Assembly: GCA_963677435.1 (NCBI GenBank)
Contig: OY781945.1
Coordinates: forward strand, 2,880,001 to 2,944,000
DNA length: 64,000 nt
Reading direction: 5' to 3'
Source: an uncultured Aliarcobacter sp.
GTDB taxonomy: Bacteria; Campylobacterota; Campylobacteria; Campylobacterales; Arcobacteraceae
The notes under the pieces were generated by a model. The model saw only the letters and a list, made by a program, of their open reading frames with translations. It ran no database searches and was not told the DNA's origin. The position numbers and the translations under genes were made by a program. Shown here one piece after another: positions 49,600 to 60,795 of the stretch; position 1 is the first letter of the stretch; each line of letters opens with the position of its first letter.

Positions 49600-50836
49600 A
49601 CATATATTTTTTAAGTACTTCTGGAATTCTTACGCTTCCATCTTCATTTTGATAATTTTCCATAATTGCTACAAGTGTTCTTCCAACAGCTAAAGAAGAC
49701 CCATTTAAAGTATGAGTTAAGATATTTTTCTTCCCATCTTTATATCTAATTTTTGCTCGTCTTGATTGGAAATCTCTTGTATTTGAAATTGATGAAATTT
49801 CTCTATATTTATTTTGTCCAGGAAGCCAAACTTCTAAGTCAATAGTAACTGCTGCACTAAATCCTAAATCACCTGTACATAATTGAACTTTTTGATGAGC
49901 AAGTCCAAGTGATGTTAATAAATCAGATGCACAAGATACCATTTTTTCAAATACCTCATCAGATTGTTCAGGAGTTGTAATTGCAACCATTTCAACTTTA
50001 TCAAATTGATGTTGTCTAATTAATCCTCTTGTATCTCGTCCAGCACTTCCTGCTTCTTTTCTAAAACAAGGAGTATAAGAAGTAAGTAACATTGGAAGTT
50101 CTTCTGCTTCTAAAATTTCATCATTAAATAGATTTGTTAAAGATACCTCAGCAGTTGGGATTAAATATAAATCTTCACCTTCAATTTTAAATAAATCATC
50201 AGCAAATTTTGGAAGTTGACCCGTTCCTTGAAGAGTATTTGAGTTTGCCATAAATGGAACATACCATTCATTGAATCCTCTTTCTCTATTAAAATCAAGC
50301 ATATAGTTGATTAATGCACGTTCAAGTCTTGCTCCATCACCTCTTAAAGCTGCAAATCTTGATTTTGCAATTTTTACACCTCTTTCAAAATCAATCCAAC
50401 CATTATTTAAATCCCAATGCTCTTTTGGCTCAAATGAAAAAGTTGGTTTTTGCCCAACAACTTCTAAAATTACATTTTCATTTTCATCAGCACCACTTGG
50501 AACATTTTCATCTGGCATATTTGGAACACCAAGAATAATTGAAGTTAATTCTTCTTCTAGAACTCTAACTTCATCTTCTAATTCTTGTTTTTTATTTTTT
50601 AGATTGTTTATATTTTCTTGAAGTGGAGCAACATCTAAGTTCTCTTTTTTGTATCTTCCAAACTCTTTTGAAAGTAAGTTTTGCTCAGCTGTAACATCTT
50701 CCATCTCTTGTCTTTTTTGTTTTGTGTTAGAGGCAAGTGTTTTTAGGTTATTTAAAAGTTCGTTATCAACACCTTTTCTTTGTAAAGCGTTTACAACATA
50801 ATCGAAATCTTTTTGTAGTAGTTTTATATCTATCAT
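49598..50836 (-). CDS. serS: Serine--tRNA ligase
   Basis: [46 protein letters not shown]. Confidence 0.97.
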   Translation of the reverse strand: MIDIKLLQKDFDYVVNALQRKGVDNELLNNLKTLASNTKQKRQEMEDVTAEQNLLSKEFGRYKKENLDVAPLQENINNLKNKKQELEDEVRVLEEELTSIILGVPNMPDENVPSGADENENVILEVVGQKPTFSFEPKEHWDLNNGWIDFERGVKIAKSRFAALRGDGARLERALINYMLDFNRERGFNEWYVPFMANSNTLQGTGQLPKFADDLFKIEGEDLYLIPTAEVSLTNLFNDEILEAEELPMLLTSYTPCFRKEAGSAGRDTRGLIRQHQFDKVEMVAITTPEQSDEVFEKMVSCASDLLTSLGLAHQKVQLCTGDLGFSAAVTIDLEVWLPGQNKYREISSISNTRDFQSRRAKIRYKDGKKNILTHTLNGSSLAVGRTLVAIMENYQNEDGSVRIPEVLKKYM

Positions 50837-50911
50837 CTTTGCTCTTTGTTTTATTTTTTTTTGCATTGTAGCTAAAAAAACTCTACAAAGAGATTAGATG
50901 ATAGGTTAAAT

Positions 50912-51118
50912 TTATCCGTTCATTTCCATTTTAATAATTACATTACCGTCAACATATTCACTTCTAAATCTATGTTTATGACAGAAATCTTCATTCATTA
51001 TTATACACATTTCATTTGCTTTTTCTAATGCTTGTTCGATTGTATCAAAATGTGTTTCTTGTTCAAAATCTGAATTTCTAAAACATCCACATGCTTTTTC
51101 AACTATAACTGTTGCCAT
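50912..51118 (-). CDS. Small Cys/His-containing hypothetical protein
   Basis: AAGGA RBS; CGC...C...FCHKH. Confidence 0.7.
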   Translation of the reverse strand: MATVIVEKACGCFRNSDFEQETHFDTIEQALEKANEMCIIMNEDFCHKHRFRSEYVDGNVIIKMEMNG

Positions 51119-51186
51119 TATTCTAATCCTTTATAATATTTTTTTGCAATTTTATCATAAAGAGATTAGAACAATCTTTTAGCTTT

Positions 51187-52185
51187 TTACCATTCAAATT
51201 GAAAAGTCGTATGAACTATTTTATATTTTTCTTTTAGATTATGATTTACTTGATTTAAAATCTCTTCATAATCTTCTATATGTTTTTTATCAATTTTTAC
51301 ATGAGCTGTCATATTATACATATCTTGAGTTATTTCCCAAATATGAATATCATGTAGTTCTAAAACTTTTTCATTCTTTTCTATATATTCTTTTACTTCT
51401 GTTATATCTAATGGTGAACTTTCAAGTAGTGTATTTGTAGAATTTTTAAGTACATCAATTGCCCATTTTCCAATAACAATAGCCACAATTAAAGCTAAAA
51501 CAACATCTATAAAATACCATTGAGTAAAATAGATAATTATATACCCAATAATAATTGCAACCGATGAAAGTGCATCACTTAACATATGTACAAAGGCTGA
51601 TTTTAAATTTATATTATTTTTATCCCCTTGCATCAAAATAACACCAGTAATAATATTTACAATCAAACCAATAATAGCCACAATCATTGCCGTTTTTATA
51701 TCTATTATTTGTGGATTTAAAAACCTCTCAATTGCTTCATAAACAATCCAAACTATAGATAAAACAATAGTAATTCCATTTATAAATGCTGCCAATACTT
51801 CTGCTCTATAAAAACCAAAAGTTTTAGAAAGGGGAGCTTTTTTACTTGCTATTATAATTGCAAGAAGAGAAATAATCAAAGCAAAAGAGTGTGTAAACAT
51901 ATGAATAGCATCTGAAACTAAAGCCAAAGAGTTTGATAAAAAACCATAAAAAAACTCCAAGAACATTGTAATTGCGGTAATACTCAAAGCCCATTTTAAA
52001 ACTTTTTTATCTGTTCCCCTATGATCATGGGAATGTCCATGACTATGTTCGTGTTCATGTTCGTGATGGTCATGATGGCAAGTTTCTCCATGGTGGTGAT
52101 GTTCTTTTTCATGATGATGTTCATCTTTTAAATACGGGCTATGTTCATTTAAACCTATCTTGCAGTTATCCATCTTATTATCCAT
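51187..52185 (-). CDS. CDF-family cation (Zn/Co/Cd) efflux transporter with a His-rich N-terminus
   Basis: SLALVSDAIHM, TFGFYRAEVLAA, AFVHMLSD, LHDIHIW. Confidence 0.93.
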   Translation of the reverse strand: MDNKMDNCKIGLNEHSPYLKDEHHHEKEHHHHGETCHHDHHEHEHEHSHGHSHDHRGTDKKVLKWALSITAITMFLEFFYGFLSNSLALVSDAIHMFTHSFALIISLLAIIIASKKAPLSKTFGFYRAEVLAAFINGITIVLSIVWIVYEAIERFLNPQIIDIKTAMIVAIIGLIVNIITGVILMQGDKNNINLKSAFVHMLSDALSSVAIIIGYIIIYFTQWYFIDVVLALIVAIVIGKWAIDVLKNSTNTLLESSPLDITEVKEYIEKNEKVLELHDIHIWEITQDMYNMTAHVKIDKKHIEDYEEILNQVNHNLKEKYKIVHTTFQFEW

Positions 52186-52307
52186 TTTATATATTTTTTG
52201 AATACTATATTAGTAATACTTAATCCTTACATAATCTATTCCGAGAGTATTTTAGTGTTATGTAATAAAAATTTGACTAAAGTTAAATAGATATAAGGAG
52301 AGAAATT

Positions 52308-53591
52308 ATGCAAAACAAATTTTTAACAGTATCTATACCTATTTTATTATTAGTTATTGCCCTATTTTATTTAACTTCAAAATTTATTCAACCAAGTCCT
52401 AAAAAAGAGATTACAATTGCTACAGGCCAAGAAAATGCAGATTATTATAAAACTGCACTTATATACAAAGAGCTTTTAGAAAAACAAAAAGTAAAAGTAA
52501 ATATTATAACTTCAAAAGGTTCACTTGAAAATATAAAACTTTTAAATGAAAAAAAAGTTGATTTAGCTTTCGTTCAAAATGGAATAACTACTTCTGAAAA
52601 TGAAAAGAATTTAAAAAGCATCGCTTCTGTTTATTATGAACCTTTATGGGTATTTTATAAAAATGAGAACTATATAATTGATTATATCATTCAACTAATA
52701 TCAAAGAAAATTTCTATTGGAAGTGTAGGAAGCGGAACAAATGATTTAGCTTCAAAAATTTTAACTGATAATGGTATAAATAATGACAATTCAGAACTCT
52801 TAAATCTTTCAAATGAAGAATCAAAAAATAAACTATTAAAAGGTGAAATTGATGCCATGTTTATTGTGGGTTCTGCTGATTCAAAGATAATTAAAGAATT
52901 ATTAGAAACTCCAAATATAAATCTTTTTAGTTTTAAAAGAGTAAAAGCTTATAGTAAAAAATATACATTTCTAGAGCCTATTATTCTCTATGAGGGAACG
53001 ATGGATTTATATAAAAATCTTCCAGATGGAGATGTTAATTTATTAACAAGCACTGCTACATTAGTTGTAAGAAATGATTTTTCAGAAGAACTAACAAGGC
53101 TTATATTAAAAGAGATTAAAAATGTTCACAATAAAAAAGGACTCTTTGAAGTAGATAATCAGTTTCCAAATATTACCAATTTAACAATCAAAGCAAGTGA
53201 TGAAGCAATAAAATATAATACCTATGGAGATACTTGGCTTGAAAAGATATTTCCATATTGGATTGCTTCAAATATAGATAGATTAAAGATTTTATTAATT
53301 CCACTTTTAACTCTATTAATCCCTTTATCAAAAGGTTTTTTTCCTCTTTATAGATGGAGTATTCGCTCAAAAATTTATAAATGGTATGAAGAGATACAAA
53401 AAATTGATTTACTTGTTGAAAGTGCAAACCATGAAGAATTACAAACTAATTTACAAAAAATCACTAAGTTAAAAAAAGAGATAAAAAAAGAGACTAAAGT
53501 GCCATTATCTTATATGGGTGAATATTATGATTTAATTATGCATTTAGAACTAATAATCTCAAAAATAAACCTAAGATTGGCTACTAATTAA
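52308..53591 (+). CDS. TAXI-family solute receptor with N- and C-terminal membrane segments
   Basis: ITIATG, SKGSLEN, DLAFVQNG, YYEPLWVF, SIGSVGSGT. Confidence 0.8.
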   Translation: MQNKFLTVSIPILLLVIALFYLTSKFIQPSPKKEITIATGQENADYYKTALIYKELLEKQKVKVNIITSKGSLENIKLLNEKKVDLAFVQNGITTSENEKNLKSIASVYYEPLWVFYKNENYIIDYIIQLISKKISIGSVGSGTNDLASKILTDNGINNDNSELLNLSNEESKNKLLKGEIDAMFIVGSADSKIIKELLETPNINLFSFKRVKAYSKKYTFLEPIILYEGTMDLYKNLPDGDVNLLTSTATLVVRNDFSEELTRLILKEIKNVHNKKGLFEVDNQFPNITNLTIKASDEAIKYNTYGDTWLEKIFPYWIASNIDRLKILLIPLLTLLIPLSKGFFPLYRWSIRSKIYKWYEEIQKIDLLVESANHEELQTNLQKITKLKKEIKKETKVPLSYMGEYYDLIMHLELIISKINLRLATN

Positions 53592-53641
53592 TTTTAGCTA
53601 CTTTTGATATAATACTCTCAAAAAATAAGAAGGATTTTGAT

Positions 53642-54607
53642 TTGAGAATTTTATCAGGTATTCAACCATCAGGAACAATACACATAGGAAACTATTTTGG
53701 TATGGTAAAAAAAATGATAGAGTCACAAAATGAAGGTGAACTTTTCGCATTTTTAGCATCATATCATGCTTTAACATCGGTGAAGGAAAAAGAAGCTTTA
53801 GAAAACAACACTTATGAAGCAGCTATTAACTTTTTAGCACTAGGAATGGACCCAGAGAAATCAACATTTTGGGTACAACACGATGTAAAAGAGGTTCTTG
53901 AATTATACTGGCTATTATCAAATCACACTTCTATGGGACTATTAGAAAGAGCTCACTCTTACAAAGATAAAACAGCAAGGGGAATAGTTGCAAATCATGG
54001 ATTATTTTCATATCCCGTTTTAATGGCTGCTGATATTTTATTATTTGACTCAAATATCGTACCTGTAGGAAAAGACCAAATTCAACATGTTGAAATGACA
54101 AGAGATATTGCAACTTCATTTAATCACGCTTATAATAAAGAGATTTTTATTTTGCCAGAATCAAGAGTTGATGAAGTAGTTGCTACAGTTCCAGGAACTG
54201 ATGGAGCTAAAATGTCTAAATCATATAACAATACAATTGATATGTTTACAAGTGCAAAACAAAGAAAAAAACAAGTTATGGGAATTGTAACCGATTCAAG
54301 AGAATTGGATGAGCCAAAAGAGTGGGAAAATTGTAATATCTATACTTTATGTAAATTATTTATGAATGAAGATGAATTAAAAGATTTACAAAAAAGATAT
54401 GCAACTCCAGGTGAAGGATATGGTCATTTTAAAATGACACTACTTGAAAAAATAAATGAATATTTTGCACCTTATGAAGAAAAAAGAGAATATTACTTAA
54501 ACAATAAAAAAGAAGTAAGAGAAATATTGGCTTTTGGTGCAGATAAAGCTAGAAAAATTGCAGCTGCTAAAATGGAAATTATTAGAGATGCTGTTGGTTT
54601 AATCTAA
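53642..54607 (+). CDS. trpS: Tryptophan--tRNA ligase
   Basis: SGIQPSG, HIGN, YPVLMAADIL, VGKDQ, KMSKS. Confidence 0.97.
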   Translation: MRILSGIQPSGTIHIGNYFGMVKKMIESQNEGELFAFLASYHALTSVKEKEALENNTYEAAINFLALGMDPEKSTFWVQHDVKEVLELYWLLSNHTSMGLLERAHSYKDKTARGIVANHGLFSYPVLMAADILLFDSNIVPVGKDQIQHVEMTRDIATSFNHAYNKEIFILPESRVDEVVATVPGTDGAKMSKSYNNTIDMFTSAKQRKKQVMGIVTDSRELDEPKEWENCNIYTLCKLFMNEDELKDLQKRYATPGEGYGHFKMTLLEKINEYFAPYEEKREYYLNNKKEVREILAFGADKARKIAAAKMEIIRDAVGLI

Positions 54608-54621
54608 AAAATAAAAGAGTT

Positions 54622-55221
54622 TTACTCTTTTATTTTTATAACTTCTTCAAGATTATCAAAAATATCTTCAACTCTTTTTTGCCAAAGTTTTCCAAACTCA
54701 AGTTTTTCATCTTTTGTTGCATTTCCTTGCAAAGATTTTTGCATCAAAAAATTTAAATCTTCATGTGGTTTTACAGAAGATGGATTATAAAAAACTTCTA
54801 CACTTTTATGGTTATCTGTTCTTGTAAATCTTACATTCGCACCATTTATATCTTGTTCAAATTTCATTAAATGATTTCTATCATATTTTCCAGCAAGACC
54901 TTTAAACCCATTTGTTGTAGTAGCTCCCGTGATATTCATAATCACATTTCCAATAGCTCCTGCAACACCAGTAGTTTGGCTTTCATGAAATTCGACAATA
55001 ATTTCACCTCTTTTTGGAATCTCATTTTCATATAAAGCTTCTAAACCTTTAAGTGTCATAAGATAAGCTCCTAAAACTGTAGGGCAAGAGTGCCCTGCAC
55101 TTTTTACTACATCTAAATAAGAGAATTCTACTATTCCATCTTCAAAAGCACCTAAAAAAGAGGCTAAATCATCTTGTAATTTTATTGTTGGGATTTTATT
55201 AAAAAATTGTGGGTAAATCAT
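54622..55221 (-). CDS. FmdE/FwdE-like putative Zn-binding protein
   Basis: GHSCPTVLGAYLM motif; start set to MIYP. Confidence 0.6.
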   Translation of the reverse strand: MIYPQFFNKIPTIKLQDDLASFLGAFEDGIVEFSYLDVVKSAGHSCPTVLGAYLMTLKGLEALYENEIPKRGEIIVEFHESQTTGVAGAIGNVIMNITGATTTNGFKGLAGKYDRNHLMKFEQDINGANVRFTRTDNHKSVEVFYNPSSVKPHEDLNFLMQKSLQGNATKDEKLEFGKLWQKRVEDIFDNLEEVIKIKE

Positions 55222-55263
55222 ATTAAAACCTTTGTGTATCTCTAACACAAAAGTTTTTTTGTG

Positions 55264-55962
55264 TTAGGCTATTTTTTTACAAATAAAGATTAATTTATCA
55301 GCGTTTTCGTCTGTGTGTAAATTAAACTCTTTTATCTCTTGGATTTCAAAACCACACTCTTTTAGAAGTTTTGTTAAAAACTCTTTTGAGTGATACTCTT
55401 GAATTATTGAATCGCTCTCTTTTGAAAATAAACCATTTTCTTGTTTTTCAAAAAGTGTAATATCTGTTTGAAGTTTGTTGTTTTCAAAATTTGCATCAAT
55501 TGCAATGAATTTATCATCAACATCAATAGTAATACATCCTTGAGCAACTTCTTCAAATCCGAAAAGTGAGTTTACATCAAAAATAAAATAAGCACCTTGA
55601 TTCAAAACAAGATTTGTTTCTTTAATAAATTGTTTTAACTCTTTTTTTGGAATGTAATTTAAAACATCAAAAATAGCTGTTGCACAATCAAATTTCTCTT
55701 TTACATCGGCTAAAGCTATTGCTTTTGCATTTAGATTTTTAGCTTCACAAACTTTGATTTGTTCAGCACTTAAATCAATTCCAAAATATTTCTTTTTATT
55801 TACTTTTAGATTCTCTAAAAAATATCCTTGACCACAACCAATATCAATAATATTATCAAGTTCATTTACCATTACAAATCGTAAAAACTCTCTGTGTAAA
55901 GTATAAACTTCTTCTTCAAAATCTAAATAAGGTTCAACCTTTGCGTATAAATCTAATCCCAT
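55264..55962 (-). CDS. Class I SAM-dependent methyltransferase
   Basis: IDIGCGQG, GIDLS, FDVLNY, FIFDVN. Confidence 0.88.
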   Translation of the reverse strand: MGLDLYAKVEPYLDFEEEVYTLHREFLRFVMVNELDNIIDIGCGQGYFLENLKVNKKKYFGIDLSAEQIKVCEAKNLNAKAIALADVKEKFDCATAIFDVLNYIPKKELKQFIKETNLVLNQGAYFIFDVNSLFGFEEVAQGCITIDVDDKFIAIDANFENNKLQTDITLFEKQENGLFSKESDSIIQEYHSKEFLTKLLKECGFEIQEIKEFNLHTDENADKLIFICKKIA

Positions 55963-56570
55963 TATATATGTGCTTCTATTCTTTCTTTTAAATCTAAGAT
56001 TAAATCTTTTTTAGCATAAAATGAGTTTTTATTTGCGATTAAGTGCGCTGAGCTTTCCATAATTGTTGGGCCTATTTCTAAGCCATTTTGTTTCATTGTT
56101 TCACCAGTTTCTACAATATCAACAATACAATCACAAAGTCCAACTAGAGGTGCAAGTTCAATAGAGCCATAAAGTTTGATAATTTCAACTGCCATTGCTT
56201 TTTCTTCAAAATATTTTTTTGCAATAACTTCGTGTTTTGTAGCAATTGTGATTTTACTTTTATTAAAATCAAGCTCTTCACCTTTTCTTAATCCAAAAGC
56301 AACTTTACATTTTCCAAGTTGTAAATCAAGAAGTTTGATTAAGTCGTACTCTTTCTCTTCAAGAACATCAAGGCCAACAACACCTAAATCAGCAGCGCCA
56401 TGCATTACATAAGTTGGAACATCTTGATTTCTAACATTTAAAAATCTAAATCCAGCTTTTTCAAGTATTAATTTTCTATCTTCAAAAATAAACTTTTCAC
56501 CAAAAGCTTTTTCAAATTTATCAAGAGTTTCCTCAGCAATTCTTCCCTTAGGCAATGCAATTGTCAGCAT
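55962..56570 (-). CDS. hisG: ATP phosphoribosyltransferase (short form)
   Basis: LTIALPKGR, DVPTYV, ATK, GSIELAP, IVDIVETG.T. Confidence 0.96.
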   Translation of the reverse strand: MLTIALPKGRIAEETLDKFEKAFGEKFIFEDRKLILEKAGFRFLNVRNQDVPTYVMHGAADLGVVGLDVLEEKEYDLIKLLDLQLGKCKVAFGLRKGEELDFNKSKITIATKHEVIAKKYFEEKAMAVEIIKLYGSIELAPLVGLCDCIVDIVETGETMKQNGLEIGPTIMESSAHLIANKNSFYAKKDLILDLKERIEAHI

Positions 56571-57174
56571 CAATAATCCTTTTCATGTTCTCAAATATTA
56601 AATCTTTTTTATATATGCTATTTTCAAAATATTTACTTAACTGCTCTCCATCTCCACCAGTGAATATAATATTCTTATTTAAACTTACTTCTTTGATTGG
56701 CAAAATGATAGATTTTAACATAGCATATTGTATAGCATCTTTCGTGCGAAGCGGTATTTTATCTAAATTTATCTCTTTTTCAAACTCAAACTTTAGTTTT
56801 TTTGATATTTTTGGGTAACTTTTCATAAATCTTCTCAAACCCAATAATATAAATCCACCTTGATGATTACCATTTTCCATAATATCAACAGTGATTGCAC
56901 TTCCAGCATCAACTATCACACAATTATCTTGAAAAGAACAAGCAATTGCTCTATCAATTCCCAAACCTAAATATGAAGTTTGAAAGTTTAGAAGTTTGTT
57001 TATATTTTTTGCATTTGGATTTTTTTTGATTAATTTTTTACTTGCTTTTTCATTTACTGAAACAAAATAAATCTCATCATCAAACTTTGGAACTTTCTCA
57101 TCTAAAAAATATTTTTTATGTTTACCTTTTATCAAAAAATGATAAGTTGTATTTCCAATATCACATAAAATCAA
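56548..57174 (-). CDS. coaX: Type III pantothenate kinase
   Basis: CDIGNT, LGIDR, VDAGSAITVD, GGFI, TGGDG. Confidence 0.92.
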   Translation of the reverse strand: MILCDIGNTTYHFLIKGKHKKYFLDEKVPKFDDEIYFVSVNEKASKKLIKKNPNAKNINKLLNFQTSYLGLGIDRAIACSFQDNCVIVDAGSAITVDIMENGNHQGGFILLGLRRFMKSYPKISKKLKFEFEKEINLDKIPLRTKDAIQYAMLKSIILPIKEVSLNKNIIFTGGDGEQLSKYFENSIYKKDLIFENMKRIIDADNCIA

Positions 57175-57493
57175 CTCTAACACTCCAATCATTTTGTTTT
57201 AAATACTCTTTTGCTTTTGAGCAAAGAGGACTTGAGATTAATAACTCTTTTTTCTTAAAATTGTGGTCTAAATAAACTGCTAATTTTTCGCAAAGTTCCA
57301 TTAAATCATTTGCATTTTTTCTTATAAATCTACTTTTTGAATCAACTATAAATATTGCATAAAACTTTGCATCAATTGTTGTTGCACAATAAATATCTAT
57401 TTTTTTTCTTGAATCTAACTCTTTGGGAATAATCTGTTTTATCTCTTTGAATAATATATTTTTATTTGTGTAGTAAGTTGTTAATTTTTTCAA
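57161..57493 (-). CDS. Hypothetical protein
   Basis: Overlaps coaX; AAGG RBS before TTG; KSRF and PLCSKA motifs. Confidence 0.65.
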   Translation of the reverse strand: MKKLTTYYTNKNILFKEIKQIIPKELDSRKKIDIYCATTIDAKFYAIFIVDSKSRFIRKNANDLMELCEKLAVYLDHNFKKKELLISSPLCSKAKEYLKQNDWSVRVDFM

Positions 57494-57619
57494 TATATGC
57501 CTTTATTTAAAAAATTATATCTAATAAACTCTTTTTATTAAATTTTATACACAAGGGTACAATTTAAACCAACATATTTAGTTATAATTCCAAAAAATCC
57601 ACATAGATAATAAAGAAGC

Positions 57620-58393
57620 ATGTCAAAAATAACCCACCCTGAACAAACAAAAATTACCCAAGCCATCATAAAAGCAGCAGTGCTAATGCTCGAATTTGGA
57701 GCAGAAAGTATCTTAGTTGAACAAACAGCTCAAAGATTAGGAAATGCCTTAGGTGTTAATTCTGTTGAAATGTCACTAATTCCATCAGCTATTGTATTAA
57801 CAACTTTATATAACAATCAATCAGTTACAACAACAAGAAGAGTTCATCATAAACCCATTAATATGTCAATAGTTTGTGATGTACAACAAATGGTTATAGA
57901 AATGGAAAGAACAAAACACGATGCTGATTTTGTTATGTTAACTATAAAAGATATAAAACCAAACCATTATAATAGATGGTTAGTTGTCTTTATGGTGGGA
58001 TTTGCATGTGCTTCATTTTCAAATTTGCAACATGGAGATTTACCAGCATTTTTTATTACTTTCGTAGTTGCAAGTTTTGCCATGTTTGTAAGACAAGAAC
58101 TCAATAAAAAAAGATTTGTAATGATGATTACTTTTGGTATTACTTCATTTATAGCAACAACACTAGCAAGTCTTGTAATATTGCTAAATATTAGCACAAC
58201 TCCAAATATCATTTTAGCTTCAAGTGTTTTACTTTTGGTTCCAGGAGTTCCTTTTGTAAACTCATTTTTAGATGCATTTAAAGGTTACCTAAGTATGGGT
58301 TGGGGAAGATGGCTTCAAGCAATACTTTTAACTATTGCTTCATCATCAGGGATAATTTTAGCAATGTCAATTTTTAATATTAAAGGATGGTAA
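57620..58393 (+). CDS. ThrE/YjjP-family exporter subunit
   Basis: LMLEFGAES.LVE, TTTRR, LLLVPG.P..N. Confidence 0.88.
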   Translation: MSKITHPEQTKITQAIIKAAVLMLEFGAESILVEQTAQRLGNALGVNSVEMSLIPSAIVLTTLYNNQSVTTTRRVHHKPINMSIVCDVQQMVIEMERTKHDADFVMLTIKDIKPNHYNRWLVVFMVGFACASFSNLQHGDLPAFFITFVVASFAMFVRQELNKKRFVMMITFGITSFIATTLASLVILLNISTTPNIILASSVLLLVPGVPFVNSFLDAFKGYLSMGWGRWLQAILLTIASSSGIILAMSIFNIKGW

Positions 58394-58394
58394 G

Positions 58395-58862
58395 ATGGAA
58401 ATAATTTTAGATATTTTAATTAAATCAATTTTTGCAAGTATCGCTTCAACTGGCTTTGCAATGCTTTTTAATGTTCCAAAACATACTTTGAAGTTTTGTG
58501 CACTAGGAGGAGGAATTACTTATATTATTAGAAATGTATCTATTGAACTTGGGGCTTCTATTGAGCTTTCAACTTTTATAGCTTCTTCTTGTATTGGTTA
58601 TATAACTCTTAAATGGTCAAGAAAATATTTAATCCCAAGACCTGTATATTCAGTTGCTGCAATTATTCCTATGATTCCTGGAACCTATGCCTTTACAGCA
58701 ATGATTGGTTTAGTTGATATGAATTCCCATGGCGTTACACCTGAATTGATTGAGTTGTTTGTAGAAAACTTCCTAAGAGCATTGGCAATTTTAGGAGCTA
58801 TTACTTTTGGATTAGCACTTACATCTTTGTATTATATGAGATTAAATAGGCCAGTTATATAA
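58395..58862 (+). CDS. ThrE/YjjB-family exporter subunit
   Basis: GFAMLFNVP, AAIIPMIPG. Confidence 0.88.
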   Translation: MEIILDILIKSIFASIASTGFAMLFNVPKHTLKFCALGGGITYIIRNVSIELGASIELSTFIASSCIGYITLKWSRKYLIPRPVYSVAAIIPMIPGTYAFTAMIGLVDMNSHGVTPELIELFVENFLRALAILGAITFGLALTSLYYMRLNRPVI

Positions 58863-58893
58863 AAGTTTGCTCTTAAGAGCGAACTTTTATTTT
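58861..58893. terminator. Bidirectional terminator
   Basis: aaaagtttgctc-ttaa-gagcgaactttt between convergent genes. Confidence 0.75.
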
Positions 58894-60705
58894 TTATAAA
58901 TAGAATTGTTTTATAAATTCATCACTTACATCTAAGATTTTTCTTTGTCTTAACGACTCAATTACCTCTTTTGTACAATCAACATCATCAGGCCATCTTC
59001 TTTTGAAATTGTCATATGAGTTTTTATCAGTAGCATCCAAACAAATAGTATGTCCATCAATAAATAAATCTCTATTAGAATCAATATTATTTGCAACTCT
59101 CCAAACTAACATATATGGATTTGTAACATCATTTTTAGCTACATCAACAATTATTAAAATTTTAATATGTTCAAAGAGTGGTTTTAAATCTTCAAAAAGA
59201 TATTTTTGATTTCTTGTTTTTTCTATGCTTATTACTGTAATTGGATTTTTTGTATCAAGAAAATATTGTTTTAAATCTTTTACTTCTGCTGTAATATTTT
59301 GTATTTTAGATAACAATTCACTATCTTCTAAAAGTGTGATTCCCAACTCTTCTATTTCATCACCAGTACAATCAAGTCCTAGTTTTCCACCAACTGCAAA
59401 TTTTGGACTTGAGTGATCAAGGGCATCAACAACACCACGAGAAACTAACATATCATCAACATTTATCCTATTTAAAATATATTTTATAACCTCATCATGA
59501 TTTGTTAAATCTGGCGCTTTTTCATCTACAAAAATAGCATGTTTTACAAAACTCATTTGCCCTACTCCCCAAAATGCATGCATCATTTGACTTGCATGTC
59601 CTGGGTATAAAGTTTTGATTTTTGCTAAAATTAGATTATGAAATACTCCATTTTCAGGCATATAATAATCAATCAAATCAGGAGCAGTTGTTTTTAGTAA
59701 TGGTAAAAATATTCTCTCTGTTGCGTGTCCCATATATTTGTCTTCAAGTGGTGGTTTTCCAACAACTGTTGCTAAAAACGTAGGTTTTGCTTTTGATGTG
59801 ATTGCAGTAATTTCCATAAAAGGATACTCTTCTTCAAGGGTATAATATCCTGTGTGGTCTCCAAAAGGCCCTTCGATTCTAAGTTTTGAAGGATCAACAA
59901 ATCCCTCAATAATAAAGTCATTATCCCTTGGAACATAAATCTCATTTGTTATTGATTTTACAAGTTGAGCATTTTTATTTTTTACAAATCCATAAAGCAT
60001 AAGTTCAAATACACCAATTGGAAGTGGAGCTTGACCACACCAAATATACATAGGATCTCCACCAATTCCGATACTTACTGGCATTTTTTTACCAGCTGCT
60101 TTATATTCATGGAAAAAGTGATTTGAATCTTTATGAATTTGCCAATGCATTCCAAGAGTATTATCAGAATATACTTGAAGTCTATACATTCCTAGGTTTT
60201 TTAATTCACCATTTAAAGAAGTTGTATAAACTTGTCCCATTGTAATAAAAGGACCACCATCTTGTTCCCAAGTTGTAAGAATTGGTAAGTCTGAAAGTTT
60301 TGCATCAGCGCCTAATTTAATGATTTCTTGACACTCACCTTTTCCTTTATTCTTTTTAGGAATTGTGTTTTTAAGTGCAAAAAGTTTCCCAAAAGTTGAA
60401 AGTTTTTCACTAAAAGTTGTAGGTGGTTTCATTTTAAGAAGTGACTCAATTTCTCTTCCTATTTTATCTCCATCGCCAATGAAAAGGTTTACCGCTTTTT
60501 CATTACAAAACACATTCATTAATACTGGAATATCAAATTTTTTATTGTTTTTTTTATCAACCACATTTGTAAATAAAATTGCTTTAGAATCCTCTTTTTT
60601 AACTTCTATATATGCAATATGTGGAATTTCTAAATAAATATCTAGTTCATCATCAATAATTTTTAGTAAATCATTCTTTTTTAATAGTTCAATAGCTTCT
60701 TTCAT
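58894..60705 (-). CDS. UbiD-family decarboxylase (menaquinone biosynthesis, futalosine route)
   Basis: DGGPFIT, NLGMYRLQ, EGPFGDHTGYY, VVGKPPLED, DALDH, duplicated C-terminal domain. Confidence 0.88.
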   Translation of the reverse strand: MKEAIELLKKNDLLKIIDDELDIYLEIPHIAYIEVKKEDSKAILFTNVVDKKNNKKFDIPVLMNVFCNEKAVNLFIGDGDKIGREIESLLKMKPPTTFSEKLSTFGKLFALKNTIPKKNKGKGECQEIIKLGADAKLSDLPILTTWEQDGGPFITMGQVYTTSLNGELKNLGMYRLQVYSDNTLGMHWQIHKDSNHFFHEYKAAGKKMPVSIGIGGDPMYIWCGQAPLPIGVFELMLYGFVKNKNAQLVKSITNEIYVPRDNDFIIEGFVDPSKLRIEGPFGDHTGYYTLEEEYPFMEITAITSKAKPTFLATVVGKPPLEDKYMGHATERIFLPLLKTTAPDLIDYYMPENGVFHNLILAKIKTLYPGHASQMMHAFWGVGQMSFVKHAIFVDEKAPDLTNHDEVIKYILNRINVDDMLVSRGVVDALDHSSPKFAVGGKLGLDCTGDEIEELGITLLEDSELLSKIQNITAEVKDLKQYFLDTKNPITVISIEKTRNQKYLFEDLKPLFEHIKILIIVDVAKNDVTNPYMLVWRVANNIDSNRDLFIDGHTICLDATDKNSYDNFKRRWPDDVDCTKEVIESLRQRKILDVSDEFIKQFYL

Positions 60706-60795
60706 TTCTTCCCCAAGGTTAACCTAATAAGGTAATTAGTATAAATCTTATATCATTTTATCAATAAAAAATAGTTTATAATAGAGGTTTTACAT

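Noticed and set aside
53580..53613. GCTA copies upstream of trpS
   Set aside because: Spacing (17 nt apart, 7 nt from the -10) does not match the island architecture; it reads as an ordinary extended -10 promoter.
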